The position numbers were made by a program, and so were the translations under genes. Source: Podarcis filfolensis (Eukaryota). From it: 64,000 nt of DNA. Shown in pieces: positions 42,225 through 54,781 of this stretch. Under the pieces are notes generated by a model, which did not search any database, had not been told where the DNA came from, and saw only the letters and a list, made by a program, of their open reading frames with translations. Within the stretch, counting starts at the first letter, position 1. Each line of letters starts with the position of its first letter. The DNA is taken from NCBI GenBank assembly GCA_964270895.1, contig OZ185437.1; one strand, 5' to 3'.

Positions 42225-42560
42225 AAAGGTAAAGGGTGAAAAAGGTAAAGAACCCCTGGACGGTTAAGTGGAATCGTGGCGCTCATCTTGCTTTCAGGCT
42301 GAGGGAGCCGGCATTTGTCCACAGACAGCTTTACAGGTCATGTGGCAAGCATGACTAAACCGCTTCTGGCGCAACGGAACACCGTGACAGAAACCAGAGT
42401 GCACGGAAATGGCGTTTACCCTCCTGTCACAGGGTACCTATATCTTTACTTGCACTCGCGTGCTTTCGAACTGCTAGGTTGGAAGGATCTGGGATAGAGC
42501 AACAGGAGCTCACTCCACCACCTTTGACTGGACTTAACCGTCCAGGGGTCCTTTACCTTT
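42225..42560 (-). mobile_element. Headless Sauria SINE with a second 3' tail in opposite orientation
   Basis: Minus-strand SINE body at 42225-42516, then a plus-strand tail at about 42517-42560. 29-bp inverted repeat 42241-42269 / 42532-42560 with 1 mismatch. Confidence 0.85.
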
Positions 42561-43067
42561 CACTATATAATATACAACAAATAATGATAAATAATAATAA
42601 TAATTTTTGTTTTATAATTAGCATGGGTTGAGGGATACTTTTACCAATGCACGTTCCATGTTTTATAAGGTGTGTTGGTGTCTTTTTAAAAAAAATATAG
42701 TATGTCTGATTACAGTTGGTGCATAAAGTCTGTATTATGATTTTTTTCTGTTACTTGAATTATGATTAGTATTTTTGCCAAATTCCTGAGGTAGGTTTCC
42801 CCTGAATCATGTTGGGCAATTTACCATTTCATTAAAGTTCCCTATTATTTTATCCAAACCATTTTGATACTTCCTCTTGTGTTGTTTCTCTCTCTGTGTG
42901 TCTCTCCACCCCCACCCCTTTTTGTATAGTACAGCCTCATTCATTCCTCCACTCTTACTCTCTATGCTAACTTCAAGCTGGCTGCAGTTGGAGAATTTAC
43001 TGAAATGAATAAAAATGCCAAACTCCTTGAGACCTACCTTCTTCAAGGCCAAGGGCATTCTATGTTC

Positions 43068-43468
43068 TGTTAATTCATAAGGGGTTTATGCATGCTGAGA
43101 AAAAAGGACAGGAAAGGGTTAAGTTAGGTGTGCTCGTTAATTTGGGGTGTGCTTGTCCTGCACCTGCAACTAGTTAAGCATGTGAGAGTTAGTCAGCTCA
43201 ATCTAAAGTATAAATACACTTGTGTTTGAAGCAAGTTTGTTCTTAGCCCCTGCTCTTGGCCAGAGCCTAGTCTGTGTTGGAATGTTGCAAGGAGACTGTA
43301 TTCTGTTGGAAGGAATGTGAATTACAACTGTATGTAACTTACAAGGTGTGGAATGGCTTTATGCTACCAGTAAAGGTACTGACTCTACCTAGAACTGTAT
43401 GGTGCTTTTCTGTTTCACTGACACTCTCCGCTGGTATGTTGAATGGGCACTCTGCACATGCCCCAACA
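43068..43468 (+). mobile_element. Solo LTR, 401 bp
   Basis: tgtt...aaca termini and a perfect 5-bp TSD tgttc (43063-67 / 43469-73). TATAAATA at 43209-16. Variant poly(A) signal AGTAAA at 43369-74. Confidence 0.85.
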
Positions 43469-43794
43469 TGTTCTGCATTTAATAATAATGTTATTATTTA
43501 TACCCCACCAATCTGGCTGCGTTGCAAGTTTTTCCCTCCTTGTTCTTGCTTTTCGGCAACCAGTTGTCGTGTTGTCCTGGTGTCTCCTTTCATCCTTCTA
43601 TATGGGGTTATGGATGAAAGAGCGGAAGAGAGAGAATATGTAGTGGAATGATAAAGGGCAGGCTGATGTTTCTTTGAAAAGCTGTGAATGTAGGTAATTG
43701 GATTATTGCTTCCCTAAAAAGCAATTACGAAAAACAGTGAATAACGCTTGCTTGCTTGTTTATTTATAATTTGCATCAACAGCATTCTTGTGTA

Positions 43795-44200
43795 AAAACA
43801 CAAGGAGAGTCCTGCTTGATTTGACCAAGGTTCATCCAGTTCAGCATCCAGGCCAACAAATTGTCTCAAGGAGCCCACAAGGAGGACATGAAAGCTATAT
43901 TATCAGTAGCATTTAGTGCAGCGGTTCTCAACCTGTGGGTCCCCAGATGATGTTGGACTACAATTCCCATCATCCCTAGCTAGCGAGGCCAGAGCTCAGG
44001 GATGATGGGAGTTGTAGTCCAACAACATCTGGGGACCTGCAGGTTAAGAACCGCTGATTTAGCTGCCTCTGGACCTGGAACTTCCATATAACCATCATGA
44101 TTAGTAGTTGCAGCCACTATTGGTGTTCACTCCATGAATCTATGCAACCTCCTTTTAAAACCATCTAAGGTGGTGATCATCACCACATCTTTTCGCACAG
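43795..44200 (-). mobile_element. Decayed CR1 LINE 3' fragment with a hAT-type MITE inserted
   Basis: gtcctgcttgatttgaccaaggttcatccagttcagcatcc...ccatcatgattagtag...ccttttaaaaccatctaaggtggtg resembles 57193-57500. Confidence 0.55.
43919..44056. mobile_element. Palindromic hAT-type MITE
   Basis: 31-bp TIRs cagcggttctcaacctgtgggtccccagatg / catctggggacctgcaggttaagaaccgctg. Flanks atttagtg / atttagct. Confidence 0.8.
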
Positions 44201-45226
44201 TTTGAGAATTATCGAGCAAGAGTGTGATAGACTTTGATTAGCCTGCATTGTCAGGCATTCTAGGTGGTTATGTTGCCAATAAATGACTATTGGAGAACCT
44301 TCATGGTGCGACAGGGAGAGAATTACGGTTCTGGCATTTACGCAGTGCTCTTCAGTACTTAAGGAAATGCAGTATACCAGAGAGGAAAGCCTTCCATTGA
44401 TTTATCTAATATGTGAATGGCTTGCATTGTACTGCAAGACGGTGTTGCATTGATTTGTAAGTAAGGTGGTGAATTTTCAAGCTTTGAACATGATTTATAT
44501 AATATGGGGCTAATTAACAAGTCATGAAGCTATCTATAAATCATGTTGCTCATTTTTTGTGTGTCTCGGCACTGATTTATAAGTCAAGTCATTCATTTGA
44601 TTTATATATCATGTCTTCGATTTACATGCCTTTACAGAGGTCAAAACTGTGATTCGGTGATGCGCCTGTCCCAATACAGCATTGCTAGGTAAAAACTGAA
44701 CAAACTGAAGCATTAGCAACAAGACATTAACAACAAGCAGACATTGGGTTAATATGTTTTTATCTGGGGGTGGTGTGGGGAGAACAGCAGCAAACCTGAA
44801 GCCTTCAGCAATGCAGATGTTTATCAGATAACTGCTATGTTTCTGTTAAAAAAAAAAAGCTCCTCTAATAGAGTAGTTGTACGATGACTATTTAAACTTT
44901 TTACTCTAAAACTTGCAAGTCAACATAGTGAACATATGAAATGCATTAAAATAGTTCTAGCTAGGTGGCATCTGTTGGGTTGAACAGAAATATTGCTTAA
45001 CTATATACTATAAATTCCTGTTGCTTATTGTATATAATTTGCCTTATGATGAGGAGGAGCCTTGTCTTAAAATATACTATTTTCAAAACATTTCCTGCCT
45101 TTGCCAATACGAAAAAACTTGAGCTGATTACCTGCAATGTTGAATATAGGGAATCATCATCCAAGCATTTCCCCCCCTAGCGATTCTGAATAAACAAGCT
45201 GGAAACCAGTGTAACTGTTACTTTAA

Positions 45227-45463
<237 letters not shown>

Positions 45464-46029
45464 TAATAATAGTTGACTCTTAGTATTCTCTCAACATTAT
45501 ATATTCAATGAAATGAGATGGAAAATTGCAGAAAACCCCAATGCATGAGGGCTGAAAATGATATCGACCACTAATAGAGATGTTCCAACATCCACGCACC
45601 ACTTCAGTTCATAACTGGGCTCAAGAAACCAAGGTGCTCCTCTCCAAAATTGGGGAACAGCTTGGTTTATTACACATTGAACTCCTTCATATCCCAGATG
45701 ACATAATTAGGTAAACAACTCCCCTTTCTCACATTTCTCCATCAGCCTCCAATTCCTCTTCCTTTCGCCTACCTGGCCACACCTGTAGCACATGGGGAAG
45801 TATTTCCTCCACTAGACCTAACAATGTTCGAGGATTTCTGAAGGTGTCTTGAACCCTCGAAAAATTATGCTGTTTCATGCATGGATTTCCAAACTGGTTG
45901 ATTGAACTGCATGTACAAATGTGTCCTAAGAACAGAGTCCACCCTCTTTGGTTCAAAAGCCAAGGCTACACACAAACTTTTTCAGTAAATGCTAAAATCT
46001 TGCCTCTCAGCTGCTTCAACACCCCTTCT

Positions 46030-46283
46030 CAGTGTGTTGTAGTGGTTAAGAGCAGTAGTCTCGTAATCTGGGGAACCGGGTTCACATCTCCGCTCCTCCA
46101 CATGCAGCTGCTGGGTGACCTTGGGCCAGTCACACTTCTTTGAAGTCTCTCAGCCCCACTCACCTCACAGAGTGTTTGTTGTGGGGGAGGAAGGGAAAGG
46201 AGATTGTTAGCCGCTTTGAGACTCCTGAAGGGGAGTGAAAGGCAGGATATCAAATCCAAACTCCTCCTCTTCTTCTTCTCCTC
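46030..46283 (+). mobile_element. Squam3-like tRNA-derived SINE
   Basis: Colinear with 15654-15921, with a (ctc/ttc)n tail. Confidence 0.85.
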
Positions 46284-47479
46284 ACCCTCTCCCCACCAAA
46301 CAACTGATCTGCAGATTTTAGCAGTTTTCAGATAACTTCCTTGCACATGTTTCTTTGTGTTGAAGCCCCTGTGTTCAATTATTTGCCTGCAGTAGTTATT
46401 CAAATATATATCACAGTTCACAATGTTGGTTGGCCTGCCCTTTGTGCACCTGGGTATATAAATTTATAAAGCGGTACTGTGTTGCCCTATTTATATTTTA
46501 AATGTAGTTTATAACTCAGCCACATATTTCAGTTCTTTCACTCTGAATCACCTCAAATTACTTTGAAATTTTGCACATTATACATAGAGGGAAAAGAGCG
46601 AATTATTCTGTGCCTTGCCTAGAATTTCAATTAATTATACTGAAATGCTATAATTAAAATAACTTTCTCACGTCCGTAAATGGATATCCTTGACAAAAGC
46701 AGAACAATGAAAATGACCAATATCATCTTCCTTTGTCATGCAAAAGAGCCAGATGGGAACCTGCATACTAAGTTGCATCATGCCTAGACATCAAATCAAA
46801 TACAACTTTTTTCAAAGCTACTAGTAGTGACTATATTATTTGTATTGTGGTTTGTTTTTTTAAGTGTATGAATAAAATGATCTATAGGTTATCGGTGATT
46901 CTCAAACTTTTTTCCGTGGATTACACTTTCAGAATAAAAATTTGCTCATGCCATACCCCATTTTTAATTGATAAGAAATAAATTGGAAAACAAAAAGAAA
47001 TAACTAGCACAGGGGAGAGTAAGTAGCAGAGGAGGCAGAAGCAAGTGATGCACTTCTCAGAGGACCTGTCTGTTACATCCAGCTTCCTATCTGTAAAAGC
47101 ACCACACCCAGAAAGTGAAAAACAACAACACACCTGTAGTTGTTCATCCTATCCATCCTATCTAACTTCCAGATGTTTTTAGAGTCTCTCTTGGAAAACA
47201 TCCACTTTGGTCTTTTGATAATTGGTCTTCATTTTTATAGTAATTACCAAAGGATTTTAGGAGGCGCTATACAACTTTCCGTGTTAAAGACATTATTGCT
47301 GTGACAGCTGCATACAGATGAGCTAAAATATTTTTATCACCTATTTTGAAATGAGGGGAGAAACATTGAAAACCTGACAGATGTGAAACCATGTTGTTTA
47401 TTATAAATTAAAAAGCAGTGTCAGGCCTTTTGTTTGTTTTTCCCATGTCTATAATAGCCTATTTGTACTGGGGAAGCAA

Positions 47480-48859
47480 GTTTGGAAAACTCAGCAGTGG
47501 CCAGAGGATTGGAGAAGATCAGTCTACATCCCAATCCCAAAGAAGGGCAGTGCTAAAGAATGCTCCAACTACCGCACAATTGCACTCATTTCACACGCTA
47601 GCAAGGTTATGCTTAAAATTCTACAAGGAAGGCTCAAGCAGTATGTGGACCGAGAACTCCCAGCAGTGCAAGCTGGATTTAGAAGAGGCAGAGGAACCAG
47701 AGACCAAATTGCAAACATGCGCTGGATTATGGAGAAAGCTAGAGAGTTCCAGAAAGACATCTACTTCTGCTTCATTGACTATGCAAAAGCCTTTGACTGT
47801 GTCGACCACAGCAAACTATGGCAAGTTCTTAAAGAAATGGGAGTGCCTGATCACCTCATCTGTCTCCTGAGAAATCTCTATGTGGGACAAGAAGCTACAG
47901 TTAGAACTGGATATGGAACTGGATATGGTTCAAAATTGGGAAAGGAGTACGACAAGGCTATATATTGTCTCCCTGGTTATTTAACTTATATGCAGAATTC
48001 ATCATGCAAAAGGCTGGGCTGGATGAATCCCTAGCCGGAATTAAGATTGCTGGAAGAAATATCAACAACCTCAGATATGCAGATGACACAACCTTGATGG
48101 AAGAAAGTGAGGAGGAATTAAAGAACCTTTTATTGAGGGTGAAAGAGGAGAGCGCAAAATATGGTCTGAAGCTCAACATCAAAAAAAGGAAGATCATGGC
48201 CACTGGTCCCATCACCTCCTGGCAAATAGAAGGGGAAGAAATGGAGGCAGTGAGAGATTTTACTTTCTTGGGCTCCATGATCACTGCAGATGGTGACAGC
48301 AGCCACGAAATTAAGAGACGCCTGCTTCTTGGGAGGAAAGCAATGACCAACCTAGACAGCATCTTAAAAAGTAGAGACATCACCTTGCCAACAAAGGTCC
48401 GTATAGTTAAAGCTATGGTTTTCCCAGTAGTGATGTATGGAAGTGAGAGCTGGACCATAAAGAAGGCTGATCGCCGAAGAATTGATGCTTTTGAATTATG
48501 GTGCTGGAGGAGACTCTTGAGAGTCCCATGGACTGCAAGAAGATCAAACCTCTCCATTCTGAAGGAAATCAGCCCTGAGTGCTCACTGGAAGGACAGATC
48601 GTGAAGCTGAGGCTCCAATACTTTGGCCACCTCATGAGAAGAGAAGACTCCCTGGAAAAGACCCTGATGTTGGGAAAGATGGAGGGCACAAGGAGAAGGG
48701 GACAACAGAGGACGAGATGGTTGGATAGTGTCTTCGAAGCTACAAACATGAGTCTGACCAAACTGCGGGAGGCAGTGGAAGACAGGAGTGCCTGGCGTGC
48801 TCTGGTCCATGGGGTCACGAAGAGTCGGACACGACTAAACGACTAAACAACAACAAACC
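47480..48859 (+). mobile_element. BovB (RTE) LINE, 5'-truncated, 1.38 kb, RT C-terminal half with one frame switch
   Basis: ORFs 47609-48034 (QAGFRRGRGTRDQI, CFIDYAKAFDCVDH) and 47965-48846 (NNLRYADDTTL, FTFLGS). Tail gactaaacgactaaacaacaacaa. 9-bp TSD gggaagcaa (47471-79 / 48860-68). Confidence 0.96.
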
Positions 48860-50537
48860 GGGGAAGCAAAGACTACATTAATATTTGTGTAGGATCTCAG
48901 TGTCCCTCCCATGCAGAGTTTGACACTGGGAGCAGGAGGCCATAAGCTTCCCATAAATATAGGACCAAAACAATTTCCATGCTCCTGCTGTCTCTGGCCC
49001 AAATGTTTAACTGGAATCTCCTGATTGCCATTGAACTGATTTATTGACTTTACACAATGTTAATAGCTGTTACTTGAATGTGCAGTACTCTCTGGGCTTT
49101 CTCAGGTACTATTCAAGAAAACATCTAATGACTGTAGAGCTTCTTTAAAAATAAAAAAAGCAGTTTAAATATTTCCTACCTTTTCCTTCCAACACTTGGT
49201 GTTATAAACTGCAGTCCTAGTCCAGGGGCCTGGGGAGTGGCCCATGGGCTTGCAAAATTATATGGATCTACAACATGCGAGAAAGAGCTCCAGTGTTAAA
49301 GAGGGAGATCTGCTATCGGATTCCCTGCTTCCTGATGCCACAGAAAGGTCCGAGGTTCTGACCAACCAGTGTCAAAACTCTGACATGGTACTGTCAAATA
49401 GTAAGCAGTTTTGGGGCTTCTTGGGAAGGGTCAGAAAAGGCTTGCATCTAAAAGATCCAAAGTCTTTTTCAGCTGCACAACACCCCCTCCTCAAAAGGAT
49501 GATTCAGATTGCAGCCTTAGAGTGACTAGAATAGTAACTGGCCAAGATTTTTTTATGTATTCAAACCTCCAGTGTGTTCAATGAAGGGAAGTCATTTTCT
49601 TTAATGTAGAGTAACTCAGCAAGTAAAACCACTGTCATACACTTAACATCTGCAAAATTTCATTGGAGCTGTATTGCGTTTTGGCAAAAAACATCAATCA
49701 GCTTTAGGCCAGGTTCTTAATGAAGAAAAAGCTACTATCTCCCCATATTAACTAGGATGTTTAAATAGTTTCAAATAGTTAAACTGCCTCCTTACATTGT
49801 TATTTTGAGCATGCTCATGGAAGAGGAAGTAAGCATTTTGTGTGCTAAACATTGAGAAATATAGTAAGACATATTTCAGCTTCTTTTCCACCTCTCACAG
49901 TCAAGTCCAACAAGAGGAGAGTCTGTCTGTAGAATCAAGTCACGTATACTCATTGTTAATTGACCCGACCCTATTGTTGAGTGGATAAAATGGGAAGGGA
50001 GTTGTGACTACAGGGATCACAAGAAACGGGAAAGTGACATTGCAGGGCAGAAGATGTTACCCAATTCAATTGATTCTTTATCCCTTTCTTTGAGGAGGAA
50101 TAACCACATGATTCATCACATTCTTCTGCACAATTGGATGCACTTCCAATTAGAAGCAGATTTATCAGTGGGATTTGATCAAAAGGAAGAATATGGTGGG
50201 TTGAATCTATTTGTGCTATTTTTAAAAAAGGTATTTCGTTGTAGTCCCACAAAGCAACTCACAAACCAAGGAAGCTTGGGGAACTCCTTGTGGCAACTTG
50301 CTTTGACAAGAGTTGGACTTTGGAGCCTCTGTCTCCAATTCAACACTCCTAGGCTTTTCCCTTTTAGAAGATTAGAGTTTTGTAAAAGCCAACCCTGTAG
50401 CTTGAAGATTTAGGGATGGCATTCCTTCTGCCTCTTTGGCCTCTCACCTGATGCTATTGGACTGGCACAGCTGAAAGGAGTTGTAGTCCAAAACATCTGG
50501 CACTAGATTAAAGAAGGAGCATTAGCTGATGATAGTA

Positions 50538-51037
50538 AGTCAAACCTCAGCTCCCGAACGCCTCCGTTTTGAAACGCTTTGGCTCCCGAACACCCGAAAC
50601 CCAGAAGTACCATATTTTTCGCTCTATAAGACGCACCAGACCACAAGACACACCTAGTTTTTGGAGGAGGAAAACAAGAAAAAAATATTCTGAATCTCAG
50701 AAGCCAGAACAGCAAGAGGGATCGCTGCGCAGTGAAAGCAGCAATCCCTCTTGTTGTTCTGGCTTCTGGAATAGCTGCGCAGCCTGCATTTGCTCCATAA
50801 GACGCACAAACATTTCCCCTTACTTTTTAGGAGGGAAAAAGTGAGTCTTATAGAGCAAAAAATACGGTAAATGTTCCGGTTTTCGAACGTTTTTCGGAAG
50901 CCTAACACCTGACGCGGCTTCCACGTAAGTGCAGGAAGCTCCTGCAGCTGATCAGAAGCCACGCCTCGGTTGTCGAACATTTTGGAAGCCAAACGGGCTT
51001 CCGGAACGGATTATGTTCAGCAACCAAGGTTTGACTG
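50538..51037. mobile_element. Tc1/mariner-type MITE (2642-2891 family) carrying a nested MITE
   Basis: TA flanks at 50536-37 and 51038-39. TIRs agtcaaacctc / aggtttgactg. Confidence 0.8.
50610..50867. mobile_element. Second Tc1/mariner-type MITE family, nested
   Basis: TA at 50608-09 and 50868-69. 23-bp TIRs ccatatttttcgctctataagac / gtcttatagagcaaaaaatacgg. Internal 28-bp inverted repeat at 50700-27 / 50739-66. Confidence 0.88.
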
Positions 51038-51678
51038 TAGTTGCAGCAGCATTTCCTGAGCACTGTTCTGTGGAGGGTACAGGTGTAGTCATGTGCCCTC
51101 AGTGCCATCTGTTCATGATCCATCAACATGCTCACCTGCACTGTCCCCACCCCCCACAGAAAATGGTATAGGCTTATTACTGAAAGGTAACCAACCATGT
51201 GAATTTGCTTTTTTGAACTCTGCTATGCCATCATCATCATTTTTAAATTTGTATACTGTCTTTCTATCTTACAGTACAAGCTGAAGAAACAAAAAATGTA
51301 CATCTTATAACAATCTAATGCAATACAAAAATGTGATAATAAAACTTGAAAATAGGCAACCTATATCAAAAAGTAACATTCAACAATCATTAGAATAGTA
51401 TTAAATAATAATAACATATAAAAGTTAAACAGAAATCCACTCAACAGTTACAATAAATAATTTCTAAACTATAATCAATAAAACAACGGCAAGCCACAGT
51501 ACATAAAATAATACAATACAAATTGAAGAGCAGAGACCAGAAGGTGGGGCAAGGCAGGTGGAAGAAGGCCTTGCCTGATGGAGTCTCTCCCCTCACAGTC
51601 TTAAACGTAAGACAAATCACTGTCCTGACTTAACCATGCATCCTTACTTTTTAACACTCCCGTTCCTTTCCTTTTCAG

Positions 51679-51856
51679 CTCCTTGTGGCTATAATGTAAC
51701 ATCTGAAAATGGTACTGTGTACTCGCCAGGATTTCCAGATGAATATCCAAATTCAAAAGATTGTACGTGGCTTATTACTGTGCCCCAGGGCCATGGAATC
51801 TATATCAATTTCACCTTACTCCAAACAGAACTAGTGAATGACTACATTGCAGTTTG
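51679..51856 (+). CDS. CSMD1: CSMD1 internal exon, 178 bp, phase 1-2, start of CUB13
   Basis: ttttcag acceptor and gtatgt donor. Translates (A)PCGYNVTSENGTVYSPGFPDEYPNSKDCTWLITVPQGHGIYINFTLLQTELVNDYIAV(W). Confidence 0.97.
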
Positions 51857-52334
51857 GTATGTGAACTTTTATTACCGTAAAGGCTGATAATTGATCGATC
51901 TGAACTTCGCCTCAATCCAGAATAATCAAACTGTTGGTGTTCATGTGTGCATGTGTATTAGTTAGTTAGTTAGTTTGTATACAGAGCAGAATTTGTTGGC
52001 TAGCAAGTTTCTATCCTGCTTGAAAGATCTGTTTTGAAACACAGGGAGGCTGTGAGAATGTGAGTCTTCTTTCCAACATGAAAGCCAGCCTGTGAAGCTC
52101 TATTTTGATTCTGGAACATTTTCCACATGAAGTTGCTTGAAAAAAAAAAAAGGATTGCATCATATTTTGTGGTCATCAATGCAAAGAAAGCACTCGGTTC
52201 TATTTCTCTTTCCCACCCTTGTCCAGGGAGTCTGAACTGACGCTTGGAGGTAGTCACAGCCTAAACATGAGTAAACAAATTAAAATTGACAAGGCAAGAG
52301 ACAGGATAACTTCTGATCCAGGGATAGGGGCCTA

Positions 52335-52930
52335 ACTTGTTGAATTAGTACCTGCAGATCTGGACATAGTAACACATGCCCTATTTATATCGCATCAGGA
52401 CTACTGCAATATGCTCTACCAAGAGCTATCTTTGAAAAGAGGTCAGAAACTTTTATTGGTCCAAATCAAATTGAGGCAGCCAAGTTGATAACTGGAGCTG
52501 CTTACTCCCTTTTTGAAACTACTGCATTGCCTTCCAGTTCATTCCTGGGCCCAGTTCAAAGTGCTGATGATGCAGCTTTAAAGCTCTTTGTGGTATGGCT
52601 TCAGGACATTTGAAGGGGTGACCTTTTATAAATGAGCCTGCCTCCTTATTAAGACTACCAATGGAGGCTTTTCTGCATGTCCCAACAAATTCTGAAATAC
52701 ATCTGATTGTAACCAAGGAGAGGCTCTGGAACTTGCTATCGCATTAGTGGACTTCCACTTAATTATATAGACATTGGTTCACCAGAACACCTGAAAGCAG
52801 CTTTACTTTTTATTTTTTAAATTGTTTTAATCTTTGCTGCTCTTAATTTTTGTGGTGTTGTTTTAATGTTATTGTCTGTTAACTGTTATTAGCTATTAAC
52901 TTTTGATAGCTGCCTTAAAGTCTTGGGGCG
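52335..52930 (+). mobile_element. Decayed L2 LINE 3' region
   Basis: Degenerate VTHAL...DYCNML and LHCLPVHSWAQFKVL motifs, followed by a T-rich 3' UTR. Confidence 0.65.
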
Positions 52931-54635
52931 GGGGGAAGGTGGAGTAAAAATATTTTTAGTAATAATTGGGTATCTTTCCTGAATAGCATTTTGAAATACT
53001 GTGGGGCACAATTTGTACCTTACCTGAATAGCACAGGAATAGCTAAAGTGCAGCTGCTTACAGGGCTACTCTGATGGGCAGTAATTATGTTGGTGGACCA
53101 ACAAATTTCGTGCATACTAGCTCTGCCTGCTAATGTCTTTCTTTTTGAGCACGTGTTGGAGAAATATGGAAATGCCAGTAATATTGGAACAAGTAGTAGG
53201 TGTCCATTACAATATATTGGATTTGAAAATAATTTTATGGGACATTTTGCACTTTCATTCTACTGTTATACCTGTCCCCAGCTGACTGGATAGGAATGGG
53301 CTATAAATTCAAAAATATATTCATTGCATAATTGTATATGCCTAACCAGCTATGATCAAAATGCCACATTTCATTGTGTTAGCAATTTAAATTAACAATG
53401 CTTTCAGTTGTGAGGGGAGCCACTGGGGCCATTCTCTTCCCAGAGGCAAATGTTTTCCCATCCATCTGCTAGCCCAAATGCTGAGTCCTAGAAATGCCAC
53501 TGCCATTCAGAGATGCCTGCTTGGGGAAAAAAACGTGTTGAATTTTTCAGATCCCTGTTTTTCTCACAGTACATATTTTGAGAAGGATTATATAGCAGAT
53601 GGGCCAGTCAGTCCTCCTTTGAACTACATACCGCCCTTTTCCTGAGTTGGTATCAAAAAGATTAGAACCACTGGGAAGGTCTAAACAGCTTATGTCTTTT
53701 GCACTAAAAAGCTGTTGATCTTTTGGTTGATAAAGAACTATTCTTTAAAGTGACATCTTAATATCTGCTCCGCCATAGGCACCTCACTGACCAAAACAGC
53801 TTTTTCATTAATAAAGGCATTAGTAAAATTTTGGAAATGTTTTTCAAGTGGACTAGAAAAGTCCCTGGTTCCTAGGAGACCAGATGCTTCATAGCCCAGA
53901 TGCTTACTAATTTGAAAAGTTGCCAGCTTTTGTGTGGCAGCGTAAAGCAATAGTGTCATTAAATGGTGTTGTTCATAGTGTCATTAACCCTGCTAGAAGA
54001 ATGGCAAAAATTGTTATATTTTTGCAAGTAGCATCAAAACCCTTTTAATTATGGTAGCTGAAATTCAGAATTGTGTATTTCTTTAAAAAATAATTTGGAA
54101 AGAAAAATCAGTTTATACACATATAAGAATAGTGTAATGCCATATTTTGTTTTGAAATGAATTATTTCTCCTGTTGAAAACAGTTTTTATTTCTCTCTTT
54201 CACTAAATATGGCACTGACATTTGTTTCATTGGCTGACATCGAACATATAATGTCAAGGCTGAGTTTTCAGTGAATAGTAAAGTGATTAAAGAACAGCAC
54301 CTATATGAAATACCCATATATTTTCTTCTATATATAACAATAGAATGAAGCACCTCAGGTGACCTCATGGCAAACTATACAGTACTGAACCTTCTTTAGT
54401 ACAAATATTACTTACATAGCTTTTCCAGCTTCTCCTAAAAGGTCAAGCTTTTCACATTGGCAGGAACGTACTTAATCGCCTTCCTAGATTTGCATGCAAA
54501 TGAATTACTATGCTACAATTGTTAGGATTAACCTGCCTTCTTGAAGATTTAAAGCTACCATCAAGAGAAAACAGAGTTAATTTAAACCTTAATTACAGGC
54601 TTTTGCTGACACTTCTCTTTTCTCTTGGTCCCTAG

Positions 54636-54781
54636 GGATGGGCCAGACCAAAATTCTCCTCAGCTGGGAGTGTTCAGCGGGAATACAGCTCTTGAGACAG
54701 CTTATAGCTCAAGCAATCAAGTCCTTCTCAAGTTTCACAGTGACTTCTCCACTGGAGGGTTCTTTGTTCTCAATTTTCATG
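54636..54781 (+). CDS. CSMD1: CSMD1 internal exon, 146 bp, phase 2-1, end of CUB13
   Basis: ccctag acceptor and gtcagt donor. Translates (W)DGPDQNSPQLGVFSGNTALETAYSSSNQVLLKFHSDFSTGGFFVLNFH(A). Confidence 0.97.

Noticed and set aside
47958-48818. 286-aa minus-strand ORF, and the similar ORFs at 36125-36372 and 48583-48810
   Set aside because: These are antisense shadow frames of BovB RT sequence, with no independent coding evidence.
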